29,281 nt of DNA from a virus (IMGVR_UViG_3300037784_000007:1-29281), one strand, 5' to 3'; shown: positions 1 through 8,760, counted from the stretch's first letter. The notes: generated by a model not told the origin, from the letters alone. Program-made: numbers and translations.

Positions 1-1956
1 ACCATCTGGTGCATCACCAGACAGCCCACTAATCAAGGTGTTAACAATCTGCATGGCGCGCGGATCTGAGCTGTACTCAAACGGCATATTTTTAACACCG
101 CCATTGCGCACAGCGTAGGGCCAATCCGCATTAAACGGACCCGTCCAAGCTCCTGTGATGGTGTCAGCTTCAAAGTAGATCTGTTCGCCCAGCAGGTTAT
201 CGTTGAGGTCACGGTTGTGCGCCACGATAAGGCGATATTTCAAGGCACGCGGGCCTTCAGTCGCCACAGAAGACGAGCTGTCGCGGTAGATGTAGGGTGC
301 CCAAGCAGGGCCTTCGATGCTTTCAAACGTGGCGTCAAAGTCCAGCGTAGTAACCAGCGACCATGTACCAAGAAGTGTGGCAGATTGGTAGATCCTTACG
401 TTACGCGCTGCGCTGTCCTTAATGGCAAGGAAGTAGTTCCCAGTTGTTCCGCCGGGGCGAATGATGTCAGGAGACAGGGACGCAAAGTTAGCGTCTTCAA
501 TGCCCATCATAACAGGCGCATCTGTTTCCAGCGTCTGAAGGTTGTTGATGCGGGCGATATGCGGGCGGAACGTAGGCGACGGGTTGCCGAGTTGGTTTGT
601 GTAGTCCGGCCCAGTCCGCGCGGTGAACACGAAATAATACTCATCGCTTGCTTTATCGTGGAAGATGCGCGGCCCCCAGATTTGCTGGGTTGACCCATCA
701 CCTTGAGGATTGGGTAGCGTCGGGCGAAACTGGGTAGGACCAAACCAGTGACGGTAGAGGTCATGGGTCAGACCGTCACGACTGCGCCAAGATGAACAAT
801 CATATTGAGACTGGCCCGTGCCAGCTGTAACCGGACGGATCAACTCCCCCGTCGGCGGGTAGAACACGATGTCAGCATCACGTCCGCCAATAACTCGGTC
901 GTTCTGATTGGCTCGCTGCGGCAGTCGATTGAGGCGCTTCCAAGTTAGCGCGTCAGGCGAGGTGTAGAAATACTGTTGCTCGTTTGTCTGGGACTGAAAC
1001 AGTGTCGCCAAATACAGATTGTCAGGGAGCCAGTTGGGGCGCTCTACACCATCAATTCCGTAATCATGAAATGCACTGTCCAACCCAGTCGCGCTTGCAT
1101 TCTTAGTGTACCAAAAGCCGAAGCAACCGAACTGAGATCCTTCTGGAACGATGCCAAGTTGTACCGCTTGACGCATCCGCGCGGCGGTCGTGTACTGCGG
1201 GCCAGCTTCATAAAGCCCCACACCTCCAGCTGTCGTGATGTGCGCGTCAGTAATAGGCTGAGCCGGAACATAGTAATTCCGGTCAAGACTCCGAACCGTC
1301 AGCCGGGTGCCAACGTCGTAAGCTGTGGTTGTGTCAGACTGCAAGTCAGACAAGTCATTAAACAAACCAGAGGCACCACCACCCCCACCCGTCGCGTCAA
1401 GGTGCACCAAGTTAGGGTCAGTGCCATCCTGCGTTGCTGTCAGGCCCGCGCGCGCGTTAATGCGAATAACAGGCGTAGCAACCGACGTGCCGTCATCCTG
1501 CACGTCAAGAGCGTTGATGCTTTGTGCCGCCGTTTCAGCGCGTACAGCCGCCGCCTCAGTGCTGGAAATAGCGGCTTGAAGTTGCGCAAGATACTCTTCC
1601 AACGGGGTGTCAGCGGGAGGCTGAACAGGCAGGAGGTCCGTTAGGTCATGCGGGCCAGCGGTTTGCGGCACTTCGATTTGACCAAGCGGCACGATATACG
1701 GGCTGTTGCCGTTGTAGATTTCAAGCTCTACGTTGTACAGAGTGGAGCGCGTACCGTCGTCATTCGGCCAAAGGTTAATGTCAATCGTACCGTCATTTTG
1801 GATCTGTGCGGTCTGGGGTTTACGTGGTGCGATAACCACGTTGTCAACCGCATCGGTGTCAAAGCCCGTGATTTTAAAATGCACAACTGACCGCTCAGGC
1901 ACAACGTCCTGCGGCAGTCGAATCTCACCTACAACGCGTGTGGTATTGACAGGCAT
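1..1956 (-). CDS. Virion spike/fibre protein with GH43-like five-bladed beta-propeller (partial, >652 aa; absent from ORF track)
   Basis: Manual translation: ATG at 1956 (TAATG overlap with upstream stop, GGAGAGG SD), open to window edge. MPVNTTRVVGEIRLP...INLWPNDDGTRSTLY anchor, HITTAGGVGLYEAG, then YTSPDALTWKRLN, GGRDADI, IWGPRIFHDKASDEYYFVFT, YFLAIKD, SIEGP, RNGGV motifs typical of clan GH-F/J propellers. Confidence 0.85.
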   Translation of the reverse strand, partial: MPVNTTRVVGEIRLPQDVVPERSVVHFKITGFDTDAVDNVVIAPRKPQTAQIQNDGTIDINLWPNDDGTRSTLYNVELEIYNGNSPYIVPLGQIEVPQTAGPHDLTDLLPVQPPADTPLEEYLAQLQAAISSTEAAAVRAETAAQSINALDVQDDGTSVATPVIRINARAGLTATQDGTDPNLVHLDATGGGGGASGLFNDLSDLQSDTTTAYDVGTRLTVRSLDRNYYVPAQPITDAHITTAGGVGLYEAGPQYTTAARMRQAVQLGIVPEGSQFGCFGFWYTKNASATGLDSAFHDYGIDGVERPNWLPDNLYLATLFQSQTNEQQYFYTSPDALTWKRLNRLPQRANQNDRVIGGRDADIVFYPPTGELIRPVTAGTGQSQYDCSSWRSRDGLTHDLYRHWFGPTQFRPTLPNPQGDGSTQQIWGPRIFHDKASDEYYFVFTARTGPDYTNQLGNPSPTFRPHIARINNLQTLETDAPVMMGIEDANFASLSPDIIRPGGTTGNYFLAIKDSAARNVRIYQSATLLGTWSLVTTLDFDATFESIEGPAWAPYIYRDSSSSVATEGPRALKYRLIVAHNRDLNDNLLGEQIYFEADTITGAWTGPFNADWPYAVRNGGVKNMPFEYSSDPRAMQIVNTLISGLSGDAPDG

Positions 1957-2309
1957 TAACCTCTCCTTACGATGTACCGAACGGCAGACGCAAAACCGCC
2001 AGCCAAAATCGGGTTAACTTGAATAATGATGTAATCGTTGCCATCAATTCGGACGGTGCCGCCCAAAGAGGCACGGGGCGCAGATGCACCCACCAAAACA
2101 GCCAGATCCGACTGCAAGACAATCTCGTTGTCAGCCCACTTTTGCGCACCCGTCACAACAGCGTTAACTGTGGTGGTCGTGGGCGTAAGTGTGGGAGGCT
2201 CGAACTCAGTAGCGCCGGGCGTGTTCGTGAACGTGACAAACTGTTGACCATCACCGAAACGTGCGGTCAACCTATCTGCCACCTGCCCTAGCCGTTCACG
2301 CAGCGCCAT
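1956..2309 (-). CDS. Head closure / head-tail joining protein
   Basis: 117 aa beta-rich, 'IVLQSDLAVLV...VRIDGNDYIIIQVNPI...YIVRRG'; follows the adaptor, translationally coupled. Confidence 0.7.
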   Translation of the reverse strand: MALRERLGQVADRLTARFGDGQQFVTFTNTPGATEFEPPTLTPTTTTVNAVVTGAQKWADNEIVLQSDLAVLVGASAPRASLGGTVRIDGNDYIIIQVNPILAGGFASAVRYIVRRG

Positions 2310-2794
2310 CAGACAACAAAAGCCGATGTTGACGCGCCATAGAAGTCACGGATAAACGGCCCCAGACAGTCCTCCACCTGACTAAACCGTGGCGTGTTAT
2401 CAATCACAGTGGCTTCTGCAATGCTGTCATCGCTCATCGGCGCATGATACGACACACGCAGCACGTCCACTTGCTCAGACGCAATAGCCCCGCTACCGTT
2501 GTTCGTGACAGCGCCAGACTGCAACGCGGTCGGGTTCTCAGCCCAAATCAGCGCGGCCTCATACGTGGCTTGCTCCACACGTGTGGGGACAGTCGTGTTA
2601 GACACGCCCTGAATGCCGTTGCGAGGCCAAGCGTCGCCATATGGGTCAACAGGCGTTCCCACCCAGCGATCCCAGAAAGCTTTGCCGTTGATGTACTTGG
2701 AAGCCACCGTGCGCGCTACGTCTGGGTCTCCCGTGAAGGTTCTGCCCGTCTCCGCCGCGTAAGATGTCAGTCCTGCGTTTGATCCATATGCCAT
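2309..2794 (-). CDS. Head-tail adaptor (DnaT_2-like family)
   Basis: WPR...VPTRVEQATYEAAL...IASEQVDVLRVSY motif; position in the neck module. Confidence 0.8.
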   Translation of the reverse strand: MAYGSNAGLTSYAAETGRTFTGDPDVARTVASKYINGKAFWDRWVGTPVDPYGDAWPRNGIQGVSNTTVPTRVEQATYEAALIWAENPTALQSGAVTNNGSGAIASEQVDVLRVSYHAPMSDDSIAEATVIDNTPRFSQVEDCLGPFIRDFYGASTSAFVV

Positions 2795-2800
2795 GTTTGC

Positions 2801-2847
2801 AGTATAGACGCATAGGGGTTGACTTGCGAATTAGGGGCGTGTAGGGT
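2801..2847. promoter_or_regulatory. Interlocked divergent promoter pair 1
   Basis: +: TTGACT 2819-2824, 17 nt, TAGGGT 2842-2847. -: TTCGCA 2830-2825, 18 nt, TATACT 2806-2801, then 6 nt and ATG 2794 with no SD. Confidence 0.7.
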
Positions 2848-2875
2848 GATGGTGGATATAGAAGGAGAACACACC

Positions 2876-2965
2876 ATGAAAGAGATTGTAACGGATATGA
2901 TTGGAGCGGCCTGCGTGTTTGCGATTCCGTTTGCGTTTTATTTTATCGCGTGGGGGGTTCAGTAA
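2876..2965 (+). CDS. 29-aa hydrophobic peptide MKEIVTDMIGAACVFAIPFAFYFIAWGVQ
   Basis: AAGGAGA SD, own promoter, one TM-like segment; below the ORF-track cutoff. Confidence 0.7.
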   Translation: MKEIVTDMIGAACVFAIPFAFYFIAWGVQ

Positions 2966-2974
2966 CCCCACCAC

Positions 2975-3003
2975 TTGACCACACCACCAACGCAAGCTAA
3001 CCT
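2975..3003 (+). promoter_or_regulatory. Sigma70-like promoter for a short transcript
   Basis: TTGACC 2975-2980, 17 nt, (GC)TAACCT 2998-3003. Confidence 0.65.
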
Positions 3004-3007
3004 AAAC

Positions 3008-3070
3008 ACACCAACAGAAAGGCGGGTGATCTCTATCTAGGCAGAGGGGGCCAATTTAGGCCCCCTTTGT
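3008..3070 (+). ncRNA. Putative ~60-nt small RNA with extended Shine-Dalgarno-like segment
   Basis: Lies between promoter and terminator; AGAAAGGCGGGTGATC 3016-3031; only a 4-codon GTG ORF. Confidence 0.45.
3044..3070 (+). terminator. Intrinsic terminator (may also stop the converging minus transcript)
   Basis: GGGGGCC-AATTTA-GGCCCCC-TTTGTT. Confidence 0.75.
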
Positions 3071-3074
3071 TGTG

Positions 3075-3263
3075 TTAGACGTTTTTCCACTGGTTGATGT
3101 CCCAATACTGCAGGACTAGTGCGCCCTTGTCCATGACGTATCGCTTGTGCAAACCGTCATCTAGATCCAGCCAGACAATCGCGTCACCTTTGATGTATGG
3201 TGAACCGCCTAATTGGACGGTATCACCTGTGCTAAAGTGGTTCTCTGAAACGTGAAGTGGCAT
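3075..3263 (-). CDS. Small hypothetical protein (head-fibre operon)
   Basis: 62 aa, TAATG-coupled to the 1245-aa gene. Confidence 0.65.
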   Translation of the reverse strand: MPLHVSENHFSTGDTVQLGGSPYIKGDAIVWLDLDDGLHKRYVMDKGALVLQYWDINQWKNV

Positions 3264-6200
3264 TACGTCACCTGTGTTGTTGAGAGGTTTCCAGAGGCGT
3301 CAACGCTTAGCCGCCAGCGCGTATTGTTAGGAGCTACCAGCACAAGTTCCTCACCCAAGTTCACGGCATCACCTTGGCTGTTCTCAGCGCGCAAGGCCAC
3401 GTCGAAGGCCAGAACCGTTTCGTGGGTGTATGTGGTGCTGAACAACCCGAACTGCGGCAATGTAGCGTGGTTTTCAAGGTCTCTGAGGGTTGAATCAATT
3501 GGATTGAAGTCCTCAAAGTTCAGAAAACGTGCATTCTCATCAGCTACCGTGATATGACCGCCAAGGGTTGCACCAAACCACGTCTCATAACTGCGGTTAG
3601 TGTCAATCTCGGTTTGATCACCTACAACAATCAAGTTGCCATTGTCCGCTGGCTTAAACGCAAACACCTGCCAGCCATCACGCACGTTTTCAATCGCGAC
3701 TTGGCGGGTTGTTCCCGGAGTTGCTGGAATAGTGATGGTTTCAGTGTAGGACAGGATCACCTGCACGTCATTGATGGTCGGTAGACCTGCGTTAACGCGC
3801 GCAGTCTCGCTTACACGGATCTGGCGTGTGTTAGGATACCAGCGGACTTCAACGCTTAGGGTTTCGCTGCCATCACTGATGTTGAACGTGGTCGCTGTTT
3901 CAGTTGCACCGCCAACCCCTGCAAGTGTCGCAGAACCCGCGCCAAAGATGTTGCCGTTAGCGTGACCTCGATACTGGATCGTAAGCGTGGTGGAGCTGGA
4001 CGGAATATTGCGAGTAAAGAACAGCTCATCAGCTTCTGGAACCGGAACGCCATTGACAAACGTCAGAGCGGGGATTGTCTGCCAGATACCAGCGCCAGAC
4101 ACTCGCGTTGCAGGTGCCGGATAAACCGTGTTGGTTGTGCTGCTGGCAGGCTGCGCTGGAACGCGGACGTTTACCAGATACTCGCCGTTGATGTAGCTAA
4201 TCAGATCTCGCCCTGTGCTGCCGTCGAACGCAGTGATATAGCTTTGCTGGTTGGCAGGTTGACTAGGAGGGATAAACAGAAGCTTTCTGCGCACCTGATC
4301 GCCAGACAACTCAGACAGCGGCCTAGAAGACTTGCTGCCAGCCGCTCCGGGGTTTTCGTTTGGCTCATAAAACACGGTCTGAGTTGTGTTAGATGCGCCC
4401 GCGAGTTGCCGGTTGTAGTCAGACGGTCCAACGGTAGGCGTACTTTCCTCTGTGACGCTGGTGTTGTTATCCAAAACGTCAACAACCGCGTCTGGCAAGT
4501 TAAGCGCAGCGTGGGAAAGCTCTGCGTCAATACGCTCGATGTCATCTTGCAGGTTCTCGATATCGTTAGCCCAAGCCACAACCTGATGACTCTGGACGCG
4601 CTCAACTTCAAACCTGTTGCCAACTGTGACGCTGGTGATGCGATAGACAAACCAAGCCACACCGCTATCGGTAAAGCTTTGGATTACCTCTACATTCGGG
4701 GAGGCGTTGTCTAGCGCCACATCCGAGCTAGTGGACAAATTGCGCAGGATGAAATCGCCCGGCTCAGGAACTGCTACAAACAGAACAACTGTCGTCGCTT
4801 GGAACACCGGGTTGTTTGCAGGTACAGTCGCGAAGTCCGCAAGGCTGGATGGGTAAGTGCTGGTTGCAGACCCAGAGAAGAACCGCGCATCAACAACAGG
4901 CGTTTGCGTGACCACATTGGCATATGGAGACAAGCGGTCCTGAATGCTGTCGTAGGTCACACCTTGCGGAGGAATAGCCCGGTTCAGCTTTTCTTGTACG
5001 TCAGCAGACAGCTTACCCTCAACAACAGACTGGTCGGGAATGTTCTGCGTCACATCAACAGAGTTTGCATCCATGCGGAAATGCCGCTGGACCTGCGTCA
5101 GCCAGATTTCAATGGTTGCCAGAAACGGATAGTTGACGCTGGTGCTGCGCGTATAATGGCGAACTGTGCTATTGGTGAATGTGGCATCGTCAACAAACGT
5201 GAAGTCGTCTTCAAGGTTCCAACTTTCAATTACATTGCGCTCATCGTCATAGATCCTGATTTCGATATCGCGCGGATTATGACCGCTGATAAAGTTGGGT
5301 GTAATACCGAGCGTGATATAGTTGTTGAAGCGATTGGTGCCGACCTGAAACTGACCCATTGCATTGCGGTTTTCGCGTCCACCCACATAGGGATAGTTGT
5401 CGCCGGGACGTGGGTTGCTAGGGTCCGTAGATGGCGTCAGGAACGGCGCTTCTGCAAGCGGATTCTCAGACAGCCACACAAGCGCGTCGTTAGCCAGCAT
5501 GGACACGGGCGCTAGATCAACACGGTTGTCAATCTCGGTGATCTGGGCAAGGAAGTTACTTTCCTCACGACTGAAGCGCTGAATGTCATTCCGGTTAAGG
5601 ACAAACCAGTTGTTGCCATCCGTCCAGCTCGTAAATGCGTCGGCGGTCCATACAACGTAGTCGCCATCATAGATAACGCGGTCACTAACGCCAGAATCAA
5701 GCAAGCCTTGACGCAGTGTGCCATCATTCGGGTTGGACCCAATGACAGGGAATGCGTAGCCTTTCTGCACTTGAACGCCAGACGGCAAGAAGGAAAGATC
5801 GCTGTTGTTCCACGATACGTTCTGAAGAACAACCTCGCCAAAGGTTGGGATTGGATCTCCTGATTGCTGGACCCCCAGCCGTTCCCAAATGCCAATGTTG
5901 CCGCCTGTCCGAGTAATCCTGAATGTTGCCGATGTACCTTGCGCCAGCGTCACCGGAATCTCATTGCGATTAAACAGGGCGCTAACAGATGGGGCGCGGA
6001 TGGTAAGGGAGTTGCGAACAACGGACTGAGAGCTGCCGCCCCGATACCCAATGGTGATTGTGAACTCTTGTGCAACGCCCCGCGACTGCAGGTCATCGAA
6101 CATAGATGTCAGTTCACTGATGTCCGGAAGCTCAAACGTGTAGTTGCCATTACTTGCGGCAGTGCCTTCGAGAGATACCGATTGCCTCCCACCATACCAA

Positions 6201-7000
6201 ACGGCTTGGTTCCCATTCGTACCGTAGCTGGCAAAGAAGCTTCCAGAGAACGTGCGTACATCAGCCCCGATGCCCGTGTTGTCCAGCCTCTCCAGCGCGG
6301 TTTGCACATCCGACACGCCTGACAGAACACCAGTGGCGTCATCGTCTGAGAAGGACACCATAGCTGCAGACACCATGCCGGGCGTGCCGCCGTTGGTCAT
6401 GAGCGCGTCAACAACAGCAGCCATCGCCTGCGTATTTGTGACGCTGGCAAGCATACCCGTGAAGCCACTATTATCAATCTTGATCTGCCCGCCACTAGTT
6501 AGGGTGCCGTTAGCAGAAGCAATGGAGAAGGGAACAATGCGCGGGTTAGTCAGGCGCATGAAGCTGTTAGCTTCTCGCAGGGTCGTGATATCACCGAACT
6601 GAATGGACGCGGCTTCTACTGCAAACCCCTCTGGCGCAAGCAGGTCGCCATTAGGTAGGAGCTGCACACCGGAGTCGCCAAAAGTGCCATCGGATAGCTT
6701 GTACGGCACATGCCCAACAGAGACGCCAGACAGTGATGCCACCTCACCTGCTGGACCCGTTACGACATTGGTAACGTCGTTCCATGCTGAGTTGAACCGC
6801 TGGAAATACGTGAACGGGCCACCACCGGACCCGACGCGCACCAGCAAGAACTGATCGCCATCGTAATTCGTAAGCCACGCGGGGTTGTTGGTTGCATAGG
6901 TGTCGCGATCACCCGTGGTGGCAAATTCGTTTTGCTCTGGACCAAGGCGAAACCCAGCCCCACCCCCGCCACGTGCACCACCAAAGCGGAATGAAGTCAT
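3263..7000 (-). CDS. Large structural protein, putative head fibre/spike
   Basis: 1245 aa, T/S/N/G-rich beta character, short coiled coil (DIENLQDDIERIDAEL), C-terminal LVLVAPNNTRWRLSVDASGNL fibre-type motif; between capsid and adaptor. Confidence 0.7.
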   Translation of the reverse strand: MTSFRFGGARGGGGAGFRLGPEQNEFATTGDRDTYATNNPAWLTNYDGDQFLLVRVGSGGGPFTYFQRFNSAWNDVTNVVTGPAGEVASLSGVSVGHVPYKLSDGTFGDSGVQLLPNGDLLAPEGFAVEAASIQFGDITTLREANSFMRLTNPRIVPFSIASANGTLTSGGQIKIDNSGFTGMLASVTNTQAMAAVVDALMTNGGTPGMVSAAMVSFSDDDATGVLSGVSDVQTALERLDNTGIGADVRTFSGSFFASYGTNGNQAVWYGGRQSVSLEGTAASNGNYTFELPDISELTSMFDDLQSRGVAQEFTITIGYRGGSSQSVVRNSLTIRAPSVSALFNRNEIPVTLAQGTSATFRITRTGGNIGIWERLGVQQSGDPIPTFGEVVLQNVSWNNSDLSFLPSGVQVQKGYAFPVIGSNPNDGTLRQGLLDSGVSDRVIYDGDYVVWTADAFTSWTDGNNWFVLNRNDIQRFSREESNFLAQITEIDNRVDLAPVSMLANDALVWLSENPLAEAPFLTPSTDPSNPRPGDNYPYVGGRENRNAMGQFQVGTNRFNNYITLGITPNFISGHNPRDIEIRIYDDERNVIESWNLEDDFTFVDDATFTNSTVRHYTRSTSVNYPFLATIEIWLTQVQRHFRMDANSVDVTQNIPDQSVVEGKLSADVQEKLNRAIPPQGVTYDSIQDRLSPYANVVTQTPVVDARFFSGSATSTYPSSLADFATVPANNPVFQATTVVLFVAVPEPGDFILRNLSTSSDVALDNASPNVEVIQSFTDSGVAWFVYRITSVTVGNRFEVERVQSHQVVAWANDIENLQDDIERIDAELSHAALNLPDAVVDVLDNNTSVTEESTPTVGPSDYNRQLAGASNTTQTVFYEPNENPGAAGSKSSRPLSELSGDQVRRKLLFIPPSQPANQQSYITAFDGSTGRDLISYINGEYLVNVRVPAQPASSTTNTVYPAPATRVSGAGIWQTIPALTFVNGVPVPEADELFFTRNIPSSSTTLTIQYRGHANGNIFGAGSATLAGVGGATETATTFNISDGSETLSVEVRWYPNTRQIRVSETARVNAGLPTINDVQVILSYTETITIPATPGTTRQVAIENVRDGWQVFAFKPADNGNLIVVGDQTEIDTNRSYETWFGATLGGHITVADENARFLNFEDFNPIDSTLRDLENHATLPQFGLFSTTYTHETVLAFDVALRAENSQGDAVNLGEELVLVAPNNTRWRLSVDASGNLSTTQVT

Positions 7001-7260
7001 GAGCGCTCACCTTCAATCATTGCGGCGTCTACCCCCTCCGCCAGCATGTAGATATCAACAGAGTCAGAGTTGCGCTCATAGAAGTCATCAAACGTGACAT
7101 ACTGCGTCTCACCCGTGGCAGGCACACTGTCTCCCACGTCAACCACAACCACACGGACGCGCTCAACGCTGCGTTCGACGCACGAAAACTGGCTGACATT
7201 GCTGCCAACCAGAGTGTACGTTGCGGTGTTGATAGGTTCTCGGAATGTCCTAATCGCCAC
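6997..7260 (-). CDS. Small putative structural protein
   Basis: GTG at 7260 just after the upstream stop with GAGGTG SD; ATGA overlap with the next gene. Confidence 0.65.
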   Translation of the reverse strand: MAIRTFREPINTATYTLVGSNVSQFSCVERSVERVRVVVVDVGDSVPATGETQYVTFDDFYERNSDSVDIYMLAEGVDAAMIEGERS

Positions 7261-7261
7261 C

Positions 7262-7609
7262 TCACACCTCCAACAGGCTTGCAACCAAACCAGTGCTGGA
7301 TGTCATCGCAATGGTGCCAGAGAGATACGAGCGAATGTCACGCAACTCCAAAACAACCGTGGTGCCATCAGCGATAGACGGCATGGTAAAGCCGCCTGAC
7401 AGGTCCACAGATCCTACACCATCAACGGACTGCGATGTTGCGTCTGCTCCTGTGATGTTGGGTGCTAGTGCGCCGCCTGTGCCGTTGCGAAGGATGAGGT
7501 ATTGTGTGACGTTGGGTTTGTATGTGAATGTGTCGTTGCCGTCCAGCGTGGTCTCAGCCACAGCGACAGACGTAAGCGATTGCAGGGATGTAGGGGTAAT
7601 CGTTGCCAT
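7262..7609 (-). CDS. Small beta-rich virion protein (possible fibre base)
   Basis: 115 aa MATITPTS..., AGGA SD, T/S/G-rich. Confidence 0.7.
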   Translation of the reverse strand: MATITPTSLQSLTSVAVAETTLDGNDTFTYKPNVTQYLILRNGTGGALAPNITGADATSQSVDGVGSVDLSGGFTMPSIADGTTVVLELRDIRSYLSGTIAMTSSTGLVASLLEV

Positions 7610-7638
7610 GATCGGTCCTGTTTGGTGGGTTTGCTTGG

Positions 7639-7686
7639 ATTATAGCACAAAGGGGGTTGACGTGGTATGTAGGGAGGTGGTAGAGA
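7639..7686. promoter_or_regulatory. Interlocked divergent promoter pair 2
   Basis: +: TTGACG 7657-7662, 18 nt, (TGG)TAGAGA 7681-7686. -: extended -10 TGcTATAAT (TATAAT 7644-7639), poor -35. Confidence 0.65.
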
Positions 7687-7711
7687 GGTGGTGGATATAA
7701 GGAGAGATGAG

Positions 7712-7843
7712 ATGGACTGGATTGTCAAAGATGATTGCGGGGTTACTGTCGCAGAGTTCCGCTGGAAAGATCACGCAGAGTTGTTTATTGCTGCTGAACT
7801 TGCTGCTGTGGGAAATTGTCTTTTTCTTTTTGAGAGAAAATAG
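7712..7843 (+). CDS. Hypothetical protein, 43 aa (MDWIVKDDCG...LFERK)
   Basis: AAGGAGAG SD; stop abuts the SD of the next gene. Confidence 0.6.
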   Translation: MDWIVKDDCGVTVAEFRWKDHAELFIAAELAAVGNCLFLFERK

Positions 7844-7854
7844 GAGGCCACCCC

Positions 7855-7968
7855 ATGACCCAACCCGAACAAATCTACCACTTAGCCGCTATAATGCGGA
7901 GAATGGGACGGCATAGCGTGGCTGTGCGACTTGAACGTAACGCTAAGGCATTGGAGGAATTCAAGTGA
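7855..7968 (+). CDS. Hypothetical protein, 37 aa (MTQPEQIYHL...EEFK)
   Basis: AGGAGG SD; GTGA overlap with the next gene. Confidence 0.6.
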   Translation: MTQPEQIYHLAAIMRRMGRHSVAVRLERNAKALEEFK

Positions 7969-8093
7969 TCTACATCGCCAACTCAAAAACATGGCAGCCT
8001 ATTATCAGCCACTGTGACCACTTCTACCTTGCGCGCGACGTGGATGGCGTTATGGTGTATGTGATTAAAGATGGACAGGAGCAAGTGAGATGA
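7965..8093 (+). CDS. Hypothetical protein, 42 aa (MIYIANSKTW...EQVR)
   Basis: GGAGG SD, GTG start, ATGA coupling to 8090. Confidence 0.6.
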   Translation: MIYIANSKTWQPIISHCDHFYLARDVDGVMVYVIKDGQEQVR

Positions 8094-8416
8094 GTGATAT
8101 GACTGACACAAGTAAAGAGGCGGTGGAGCGCTGGTGCAAGCAACGCGGTAAGCTTTTGACGAACCCTCCCCAGACGCCACCAGAAGTTAAAATGCTGCTC
8201 GCCCTCCTATCCGAACGCGACGCCCTCCGCGCCCAGCTGCAGGCGGCACGGGATGATGCGCTGGAGGAGGCGCTTGACGCGGTGATAAAAAATGCCCCGC
8301 ATTTCGGCCCGGAAGGTCCTGCGACATCAGAAGAATATGGGGAAAGTGAGGGTTTCCGCATTGCAGTCCAGACCATCCGCGCCCTCAAGTCCACCTGCAA
8401 CGGAGAGGGCCAATGA
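8090..8416 (+). CDS. Hypothetical phage protein
   Basis: 108 aa, 'DTSKEAVER...LLSERDALRA...ARDDALEEA...IRALK' pattern of small alphaproteobacterial phage proteins; AGGAG SD. Confidence 0.75.
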   Translation: MSDMTDTSKEAVERWCKQRGKLLTNPPQTPPEVKMLLALLSERDALRAQLQAARDDALEEALDAVIKNAPHFGPEGPATSEEYGESEGFRIAVQTIRALKSTCNGEGQ

Positions 8417-8529
8417 CAACGCATGAAGCCATATGTGGCCTCTTGTTTACAATATGACACCATAAGAGGCCACTTGATGCCTACTAACAACGTACTGCTA
8501 TTTGAAGTGACCTAGCCAGGAGATGAGAG

Positions 8530-8721
8530 ATGAAAGCATACCTGTCATACCAAGACGACTACGAAACCGGCGCTGAACTGATTGGAGTGTTTGAGACTCT
8601 CGATCAAGCAATGGAAACCAAATACCCTGACTGTGTTGAGATGTGGGATGGATGTGAGCTGAAAAAGAGATGGTGCCGAAAGCGATACAAAGACGATTGG
8701 GAAGAAAAGAAAGTATGGTAA
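8530..8721 (+). CDS. Hypothetical protein
   Basis: 63 aa, AGGAG SD, followed by a terminator. Confidence 0.7.
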   Translation: MKAYLSYQDDYETGAELIGVFETLDQAMETKYPDCVEMWDGCELKKRWCRKRYKDDWEEKKVW

Positions 8722-8728
8722 CCCCACA

Positions 8729-8760
8729 GCGCATCGGCTCAGGTCGGTGCGTTTTTCTTT
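8729..8760 (+). terminator. Intrinsic terminator
   Basis: GCGCATCGGC-TCAG-GTCGGTGCGT-TTTTCTTT. Confidence 0.8.

Noticed and set aside
217-2017. Plus-strand ORFs (158, 222, 94 aa etc.) and short minus ORFs
   Set aside because: Shadows or off-frame ORFs of the 1956->1 spike gene; no SD or motifs
3252-7097. Plus-strand ORFs of up to 250 aa
   Set aside because: Antisense shadows of the 1245-aa gene
7707-7916. 69-aa track ORF
   Set aside because: ATG too close to the SD, and it overlaps two better-supported tiled ORFs (7712, 7855)
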